Positions 24,016 through 32,024 of a stretch of DNA of 33,000 bases are shown here, piece after piece. The stretch is from NCBI GenBank assembly GCA_051530055.1, contig CM121341.1, forward strand, positions 17,741,784-17,774,783. The letters run 5' to 3'. Each line of letters starts with the position of its first letter. Position 1 is the stretch's first letter. Made by a program: the position numbers and the translations under genes. Origin of the DNA: Neoechinorhynchus agilis (lineage: Eukaryota; Animalia; Acanthocephala). The notes below the pieces were generated by a model. It saw only the letters and a program-made list of their open reading frames with translations, was not told where the DNA came from and ran no database searches.

Positions 24016-24173
24016 GCGCGTAGAAAAATTAAAATGATTTAAAAACATCCGATTGTTTTCGGCGAGGCACAATCTTGTATGCCTTTTTTGTTAAGATTGC
24101 TTGTAAGTTTTGAAATCCTCCGAAAACAATCGGATATTTTTTAAAATAGAATCATCTTAATTTTTCTACACGC
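24016..24173. repeat. Imperfect long inverted repeat (MITE/foldback-like)
   Basis: Arms gcgcgtagaaaaattaaaatgatt..catccgattgttttcgg (24016-24062) and ccgaaaacaatcggatat..aatcatcttaatttttctacacgc (24120-24173). The spacer also contains caatctt/aagattg. Confidence 0.7.
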
Positions 24174-24429
24174 AAAATAACAACCAGTTCAATTTATAAT
24201 AAATTTCAACTCGAGATTATGATCACCACATCCACATTTTAAAGTTTATAAATGACAAACAAATTCTTAACTACCTTAAATATCGAACCGTGAACACTTT
24301 CAAAGCATGTCATTAGTCATACGTGGTGTTGAGTGTGCGAAAAGGTTGTATTTAAAGAAGCAGTTAGTTTTACCTATTGCTATCAACTCGTCTTAATTTA
24401 ACGTTATAAAAAGTTGAAATCATTTGGAA

Positions 24430-24747
24430 ATGGTGAGTGACTCAAATTTGAATACACAAAAAGTCACAGGGTTTTTTGTTGAAAAAATAGAGTATTTGGT
24501 TAAGATCGAGTTTAATTTTTAAATTTCATTCGTTCAATTTGAGCAATCTGGAATTGCTTTTGAAAAAATTTCGGTTTACTAAATAATGTCTAATTTTAAA
24601 AAACGTCTCTTTTTGTGCTCGATTTAGTTTTAGAAAAAAAATAAAGTCGTGCATAACAATTTTAATGTTTAGTGCTGCTTTGACATTGGTGAAGACACGA
24701 GTTGTTGCTGTTTTCCATTCTGCATCCCAATATGTTGCCCCTGGTGA
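24430..24747 (+). CDS. Spliced micro-gene 2: 25-aa Cys-rich peptide MCCFDIGEDTSCCCFPFCIPICCPW
   Basis: ATG 24430-24432 | gtgagt intron 24433-24672 ...gtttag | exon 24673-24747. AATAAA at 24823. Paralogue of 23620-23798. Confidence 0.75.
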
Positions 24748-25059
24748 TATGAAGCAAGGGTGGAACACAACGATGGAACGTATATCAGTCCTCCGTTCGT
24801 TTTAGATAGATAGTTAGAATGGAATAAATATATTAGTTTGGCTGCGCATGTGAACTTTATTTTGACGAGATCCACAAAATGTACATTTGTTTCCTGTGTT
24901 CTTATTTTTATCGAGCGTTTTTGAACTGGGTTGAGAAAACATAGTTAAAAAACTATGAACGAGTGGCATCAGGAGGATATAGGAAGGTCAGATCTACTCG
25001 ATAATTGAGGAGGGACCGGATCGAGAGCTTAATGAAGAATTGATAATAAGTATTCTATA

Positions 25060-25215
25060 ATTTATGTACTTTTTGGTGATAAATAAAATAGCTATTGATT
25101 TATTATTCTCAATATTTCGTCCAGTTCGTCGGACTTCGTCAGGTTGCTCTATTGGCCAGCGTACGAGATAAATCAATATCTATTCTTTTCATCACCAAAG
25201 AACGCAGAGATATAA
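25060..25215 (-). mobile_element. Family A HHR copy with inverted truncated partner
   Basis: Minus CTGACGA(25142-36)-A-GTCC-GACGAACT-GGAC-GAAA(25118-15)-TATT-GAGAATAATAAA. The downstream ataaatcaatagctattttatttatcaccaaa is repeated inverted at 25168-25200. Confidence 0.75.
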
Positions 25216-25388
25216 AATCGAGAGCAGTAAATGCCAGCGATAAAAGATCCATTTTTGGATGCTTTGGACATCATATTATCACAAGGTTGCTTGTATGTTT
25301 TTTCAAGGAAGCATGATCAAAAACTGCGAAAAATATCAAACATATTCTTTCGGCATTGCAATCAATGGACTCCTCTGTGGTCTTCGAT

Positions 25389-25759
25389 TAGCAGAAACGA
25401 CAGTTCGGTCTTCATTCTTCGAGGAAGGGCCCCAGACTTCGTGGAATGTCTGAATTAAACTTGTTTTAACTTTCTTTTAAATCAGAAATTTATTGTCGGA
25501 ATTAAGTTCACAGACATTTTAAGTGGTACTCTCATCCGACTTTGGCATAAACCTTTAAAACTTTGAGATGAGACGTTTCAATTGTCTATGCCAAAATGCT
25601 CATCGGCTTATACAAACGATCAACTTGTACATTTTTACTGGAATCGGTTTTAATACCGCTCAATAAGATGAATAAACGCTAACAGTCATAACAAGAATCT
25701 TTTAAAGTTCTTCAAATATCTAGCAGAAACGACAGTTCGGTCTTCATTCTTCGAGGAAG
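25389..25759 (+). repeat. 39-bp exact direct repeat around 293 bp of unique sequence
   Basis: TAGCAGAAACGACAGTTCGGTCTTCATTCTTCGAGGAAG at 25389-25427 and 25721-25759. Confidence 0.9.
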
Positions 25760-26191
25760 AGCGGTCTGCTATCGTCGAAAGAGTGAACTTCATAAATGAT
25801 TAAACTAATAATATGAACCAACAGGATTATAGGGAAGAAGACTGGAGTTCGATTATAAACTAATTAAAAGAATCAACCCCGTAAACGCTTTCATGGAGAA
25901 GAGACACTGATCCGACTCACGGGGTGTACAGAATTCAGTGCGATTGAGTGTAAATCGAACAAAGGATGCAGAGTTATCAAGAAGTGCATCACCCAACATA
26001 TCCGCCATGTCCAATGACCAAGATACTCTGCAATATGGTGCAGATTTTAATGGCACTCACTTTGTGGAAAAGGAACTTTAAAAACGCCTTGTTCTTGAGG
26101 CCTCACATATCGATGCGTCTGACACCACGGACGGAAGCAAAACTTTAGCTTCTTTCTTTCCGTCCCTAACTTTCTTTCACGATGATCGGAC

Positions 26192-29100
26192 TTGAATGTT
26201 ACTGATTCTTGTCGGTCACTTAAAAGAAGCAGCTCCGGCGGCCAGACAGCTACTGATAGTAGCCTGTCAACGTGGGGTCGGTGTGCTGCTCCACTTGGTG
26301 ATGCGGCAGCGAACAGGAGCAACAAAATCCACCAGTGCAACGGGAAGAAGCGAGGGCGTCGTAGCTCTCGCCGACGACTTGAGCGTCGAAATGAGCGAAA
26401 CTGTCGCCGGAGGCAACGAAAGCGTCAGTCGAAGCTCATCGCCGTGAAGGGTACGGACTGTTCAAGTGGCGCTGACAGCCGTGAGCCCTTTGACCCAGCT
26501 ATTTCAAATAGAAGAGGACTACGAATCGGATCCCTGAATTGTAGGAGTCTGCGAGCGCAATAGCGTAGGGGAACCCTGGCCAAATTGGCAAGGGACTCCA
26601 GAATGGATCTTGTGTTTTTGCAAGAATTGCGCATAAGAGGCCTGTCAGACACAGACGTAAATCAGGAGGATTTAGGAGGAGGCTGGTCATTATCTTGCCT
26701 ATCTGCGGACAGTCGAGGAAATGGAGGTATAGGCGTTTGTTTATCACCCCGCCTCCGAAACTCAGCACTATGCAGTATTATAACTGACTGAATCCTTCGT
26801 GTCAGCATAAAGCTTCGATCGAGAAATCTCTATGCTTTTGGCGCATATTCACCGACCTCCTCGTCGGGTGAAGAGGCGGTTGAAGGATTTTATGGAAATC
26901 TAGCCGAAGCATTGGATGATGTACCGAACAGAGACACCCTCCTAATAGCCGGTGACTTCAGCACGATTTTACCGCATTCCGAAAGATCACTATATGTGTT
27001 GAAAGGCGAGAATCGGAACAGCCGGTACTTGGTTGAGGCGCTGGAGCGGCATGATCTCGTGTCTGCTAACACTTTATTCCGGAAACGTCCGTGGCGTTTG
27101 GCGACGTTTATGGGTCAAAAGAATCCGTCCAAACATGCCATGGGAAAAAATCTTAAGAGACGCTTAGCTCAGCTTGACTATATATTGTTGAGACGTAGGG
27201 AAAAATGTCGGGTCAAAAACGCTGACACATTCACAATTGATGGGCTACCGACCACAAGTTGGTGATGTGTCAGTTGAACATGAGTGACTCGTTGTTCCGT
27301 ACGCCTCAGCATCCTCCACGTCCGTTCTATGGCGCCCTCGCTAATGAGGAGAAGAGGAAAGAGTTAGATATTGAACTAGAGAATCAACTGAGCTCGAAGC
27401 CAGCTGCTGAAACGGATATTGATTTTTATTACAAGTCAATCTGCGACGCAGTGACCGAAGCGGCCGAGAAAACCCTCCCAAAAATTAGGCGTATAAAAGT
27501 TGCAAAGGTTATATGGCAGGAAGACTGTGAATTTATGGCAATGGCTGAGCAGATCAAAACTCAAAGAAAAAGAGGAAAACAATCTGAGGCTCGCATTGCA
27601 AGTCTTGAATTTGCCAACCTCTATAATAAAGAGCAAAAGGCTTCGATAGAGGATGCAGTTCGCGGGATAGCATATAAGGAAGGTTTTGTTCGTACCTCCT
27701 TAGCATGGACAGCGATAAACACTCTCACAGGAAGATCCCAAAGACAGCCAACTTTGATTGAAGGTCCCTCCCCGGAAATCAGAAAAAAAGAATCGCAAAT
27801 TATTTTGCGGAAATTCTCAATTCGCCATTATCGTCTTTGGAAGTGAGTCCTGCACTTCCAAAAGGCACAATCGTCCCAAGCACTTAGGCATACTTCACTG
27901 GACCGATTTCCGTGAAGGAAGCGATCGCTGCGGCGAAAATGATGCGTGCGGGACGTGCATGAGACCCAGATGGGATAATGGCAAAGGTACTGAGGTTTGA
28001 ATCTATTGCCAGAAAAATCATACCGATAATGAATGCCATAATGAATGATGGCTCAGTACCTCAAATCTGGCAAACGGCGCATTTAACAATGATCCCCAAG
28101 AAATGCTGCTCGACAAAGGTGGAGGACTACAGAGGTATATCCTTGATGTCCAACACGGCAAAACTTTTCAGCAGCATTTTGAGACGCCGAATTCAGCCAA
28201 TCCTCGAACCATTTCGAAGAATTGAACAGAACGGCTTCAGGAAAGGTCGAAGCACCACAGAGCATATATTGGCTTGGAGGAGGATCCTCGAGGAGGCACG
28301 AATTCATCAAACGGATGTGACGCTGGTATTTGTTTATTTCCGTCGTGCTTTCGATTCGGTAAATCGAACGATGATTGGCGGTATCTTAAAGGAGTATGGA
28401 GTGCCGCCGATCATTGTCACATCCGTTATGGAATTATATAAAAACACAATATCCGCCGTCAAGACAGCTGACGGTTTGACAGAATACTTTTCCACCACTT
28501 CAGGTGTTCTGCAGGGCGACACATTGGCTCCTTTCCCCTTCGTCTTGGTGCTTGATTGGGTAATGAGATGGGCACTACAGAATGATGAAGATGGATTTCT
28601 TCTGTTGAGGAAAAGAGGTCGTAGGTATCCTGAGATACGCGCCTCCTACGTAGCATATGCCGACGACATCGTATTGATGTCCTCAACAGTCGAAGGAGCT
28701 CAACGCATGCTAAATAGACTGTGCGAGAGGGCGAGTATGATTGGTCTGACCATCAACTCGAAAAAGACGGAATTCTTGACGATTCCGCATGTCGCGCATA
28801 CAGTCTCTGGCGAAGGGCCGAATGGCGTTGAGCAATTAAAACAGATAGAGCGGTATGTCTATCTGGCAGCTGTCGTTCCTGAGGTGAGTGCGGATGTCAG
28901 CCGACAGAGAGCTATAGCTTGGAGAGCAATGGGGCAACTTAAACCACTTTTTTGACAGTGAGTCTTTGCCAGATGAACTCCGTTCGAAGCTGTTCAGGGC
29001 TCTAATTGAGAGCATTCTCTACTACAATGCAGAGACCTGGACACTTTCATCAACGGCGACGAGGCAGTTGGATCAAAATCATTCATCTCTCTTACGTGCG

Positions 29101-29465
29101 GCGTTCAAGGTCAGATAAAGTGACCAACAAAGCACTGTATAAGAGAGCCGGTGTCCAACCGCCCAGTGAATATTTGCGCCGCAGACGACTGCAGTTCACG
29201 GGCAATATAATTCGGTCCGAGGCATCTTGCCCACAGGTCGTGCAACAGTTCCTTTTCTGGAAGGCAACGACATTGTATCGTAAAGGCAAAAAGAACTGTC
29301 GTACATACGATGACCTGATTTTAAGGGACGCGAATTGCCCGCATAACAAGACTGCTGTCGTGTATTTTAGATTCCTTGCGGAGTCTAATTCTATTTGACG
29401 AGCTTATACCTACGGTGCAACGCAGGAAAGTACCGTTGCATACATACATACATACATACATACAT
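26192..29465 (+). mobile_element. Decayed non-LTR retrotransposon, APE endonuclease plus reverse transcriptase (RTE-like)
   Basis: Basic N-terminus; APE motifs LRIGSLNCRSL, LVFLQELR, GAYSPT, LIAGDFS and QLDYILL; RT motifs DYRGISL, QNGFRKGRST, GVLQGDTLAP and YADDIVL; C-terminal TNKALY..RRRRLQF; (CATA)6CAT tail 29439-29465. In-frame stops (e.g. 26561, 26789, two in the linker) and frameshifts near 27250, 27785, 28950 and 29090. The 5' boundary may extend to about 25870; no TSD found. Confidence 0.93.
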
Positions 29466-29589
29466 CGAAATGCTAAAAATAATTGAAAAACGCCACAAAA
29501 CGCAGGGGTACGAGTGGATATTCGGTCCCCGAACTTCGGGAATGGCTATTCCGCCCATACGAACCATAGTATAAAAAGCAACTCATACT

Positions 29590-29638
29590 TTTTATCTGAC
29601 TGAAGATGCGAGACTTACTCGCGAAATATTTCAATAAA
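29590..29638 (+). ncRNA. Best-preserved minimal type I hammerhead ribozyme
   Basis: TTTTATCTGA-CTGAAGA(29600-06)-T-GCGAG-ACTTA-CTCGC-GAAA(29623-26)-TA-T-T/TCA-ATAAAA. Perfect 5-bp stem II, palindromic AUAU helix III, helix I TGA/TCA plus TTTTA/TAAAA, AATAAA 29633-29638. Confidence 0.85.
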
Positions 29639-29962
29639 AATGTTCTATCCGGAATGATCATCATTACAATTCAAACATTTTTAAATTATTTACTAAATAT
29701 CCATTTGATTGTAGCTTAATATTTCACCGTTAAATTTACAATTCAACGTTATCCACAACTAACATACGACTTTAACAATAAACCCTCGTTAAGTGGACAA
29801 ACAATTATTGTCAATACAAACCAAGTGATACAAAACATGCCATTTTAAAATGTATACTTCGATATATGGATAAAATCGCCGTTTGCAATAACTTTGTATT
29901 GGATAAGAGGCGACGAGCGCTATTAAAAGATTATCTTTTGAGAGGCCAATACATTAACGAAA

Positions 29963-30930
29963 ATGGAAAACAAACCGGATTCCTTTATTAAAAGTGAATT
30001 GCCACCTCAATCAAATGAAAATGCTGCTGGTGAGTTCTCAAAAGTTGAAAAATCAGAAAAATGTTACAATTCCAATTTAGTTACCGAGGATAAAACGAAA
30101 GAGGAAGGCTCGGACCAAAAAGAAGCTCACAAATCAAATCGGAAAAGGCCTTATAGAGACATCGTAGATAAATAATTAATAGTTTAGATTATACAACTAT
30201 TATTAGTTTAGAAGTAAAAATAGTTTTTATACCAATGATTTGTGCGTTACGATCTTGCAGTATAGCAATTTTTTAAACTCAATACCATTTCTATATTTTG
30301 AAAAAACGAAGTAATTTATTAATTGAATCCAATATTCCGGCATAATCGTGGACCTTTATCGAGGTTGCTTTATCAATGTATCCCGGCTGAATGTATAAAT
30401 GAAGAAACCTTGATAAAGGCGCACTATTGTGCCGAAATATCGGATGTAATTAATAATTTTCTTAAAAATTTCCGCCATATAAAAACACGATCAATTCAAT
30501 CTTCAAATAAATACAATTTCGTTTTCGGGTGAAAATCCGTTCTCGCCGATTCAATTACCCAGCAAAGCGCCTTCAAATAGCGCCCAAAGTCTGTGTTTTT
30601 CACTTATCTTAGTCAAATTATTCGTTTATTCTTTGGATTCGCTCTCGATTCTATGATAATAAATGTTCTTTATCTGCGCTAACGAATGTCGTTCGCTCAG
30701 TCGATTTCAGACTTAAACTTCTAAATGAAAATAAGTCTTGTTCCATTAAACTTCGGCAAATGAATACATGAACCATCACTCTTTCTTTAGATACAAATAA
30801 TTGTGATCACGGAAATGTGAGGCCTTTGGAGTTCAGAAAATATAGCAGAACTCTTGAAATGATTATGAGTCGACTCAGAACTCGCTTGAAATACCGTTCA
30901 CGGCTCATGTTTTCATTTATCCGAAAATGA
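29963..30930 (+). CDS. Possible multi-exon gene of unknown function
   Basis: Charged, disordered 70-aa ORF with an NLS-like RKRP and a possible donor at its end, followed by exon-like open segments (30323-30532, about 30792-30930). No homology recognised and splicing unresolved. Confidence 0.3.
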
Positions 30931-31055
30931 GGGGCATCTTTAGAGCAATCGGCCCTCTAAATTTTAAATGGCCAGCAAAAGTGTTCAAGGACTCAACTCA
31001 TTTGACGAAAGCTCTTTATTCTTCTTCGAAAGATCGTTCTAAGGATGCGTAAAAT

Positions 31056-31560
31056 CGACAACTTTTATGATCTAGTTTTACGGCAAATCAGAGTTTTTAA
31101 TAGGCCGATAATGCACAAAGATTTTTCTGGCTAGTTGTTAACGACAAAATTGTAAGTTCAAATAACGAAGAAATGTTCGTGAAAATATCTCCATATCTTC
31201 GGTCTAAACCGACGAAACCCTTAAGCGTATACAATAGGACGTTTCGTATTTGAAACAAAATGCGGTTCGTTCTTTCGAGAAGTGGTCATTCGGCAACTTT
31301 TATGATCTAGTTTTTCAACAAATTAGTTTTTGATAAGTCGTTTATGCGAAAAGGTTTTAGAGACGTTTCAAAGAATCGATCATTATTAGAATGGTAAAGT
31401 TGTGAGTTCCTATTAAGAAATGCTCGTGAAAATATCGCGATATCGTCCATATAAACCTACGAACCCTCTTAGCGCATTTTACAGATTCAAAATGTTGCGA
31501 TGTCTTTTATCTAAACCGGCGAACCTTCTCAGGACACTAAATTGAACGTTTCGTATTTGT
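31056..31560. repeat. Degenerate tandem repeat, period about 235 bp
   Basis: CAACTTTTATGATCTAGTTTT exact at 31059-31079 and 31294-31314; cgtgaaaatatc in both units; ACGTTTCGTATTTG at 31239 and 31546. Confidence 0.7.
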
Positions 31561-31652
31561 ATCCTAGTTAGGTTCCTTCTCTCATCGTCGTTGGTCGCAT
31601 CGAATTCGGCGATTTGTCAGGATCTCCGCTTATAGGGTGTTTTTTCTGGACC

Positions 31653-31678
31653 CTGAAGGAGTAAAACTCCGAAGTATT
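31653..31678 (+). ncRNA. Degenerate hammerhead-like relic
   Basis: CTGAA-GGAG-TAAAA-CTCC-GAAG-TATT. The core lacks G8A9 and has G in place of A15.1; likely inactive. Confidence 0.4.
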
Positions 31679-31758
31679 AATCAAAAATAAGTTTGTTTAG
31701 ATAAAGTTAAAATCCACGAGCATGTGAAAGTGGGGAAAATTATATATCCAAGAATCGC

Positions 31759-31807
31759 TTTAATTGAAATACTTCGTCCAATCACGCTGGACTTCTTCAG
31801 TCAATTA
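31759..31807 (-). ncRNA. Hammerhead motif with 7-bp helix I, A15.1-to-G variant, overlapping ATTAAA
   Basis: Minus TAATTGA-CTGAAGA(31800-794)-A-GTCC-AGCGTGATT-GGAC-GAAG-TA-T-T/TCAATTAAA. Confidence 0.75.
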
Positions 31808-31928
31808 TTACTTGTAAGTTTTTAAATGTGTTAGTTGGTGTCGCGTAAATTGCTAAAGTAGCGGCAGTCGCAAAATATCTCAAATTGTGCTGGCCTACAA
31901 CCGTTCAATCGCAAGAAACATGATTTTT

Positions 31929-31995
31929 GATTCCACTTTTTTCCAGGAAAGCAGTCCACGATTGGTTTTCCGCAATCCTTTCATATCAATGGATC
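31929..31995 (-). promoter_or_regulatory. Type II SECIS element in the selenophosphate synthetase 3' UTR
   Basis: Minus strand: helix I TCCATT/AGTGGA; core A-UGAA (31984-31980)/GGAA (31944-31941); helix II AGGATTGCGG/CTGCTTTCCT; unpaired AAAA; mini-helix CCA-ATCG-TGG. About 40 nt after the TAA stop. Confidence 0.85.
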
Positions 31996-32024
31996 AACTG
32001 GAGGAGGAGGAGCTGTTTGAAAAG

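Noticed and set aside
23713-24875. Minus-strand readings of the duplicated segment (SSPxSKQH or VFTNVxAAL; ORFs 24526-24768 and 24669-24875)
   Set aside because: One frame has a stop in copy 1. The plus-strand frame explains the synonymous changes, splice sites, ATG and poly(A) signals far better.
12256-25142. Recurrent peptide PDEVRR in short ORFs (23159-23356, 24994-25176 and unlisted frames), suggesting a transposase relic
   Set aside because: It is the translation of the hammerhead core CCTGANGA-N-GTYCG; flanking residues are not conserved, so it is an RNA motif, not protein.
29500-29560. Cluster of small hairpins (CCCGAA/TTCGGG, GGAAT/ATTCC) considered as an HDV-like ribozyme
   Set aside because: The P1/P2/P3 nested double-pseudoknot order and catalytic C context could not be built.
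30408-30445. TTGATAA-A-GGCGCAC-TATT-GTGCC-GAAA-TATC, a possible further HHR relic
   Set aside because: Two core mismatches and a bulged stem inside an exon-like ORF; not distinguishable from chance.
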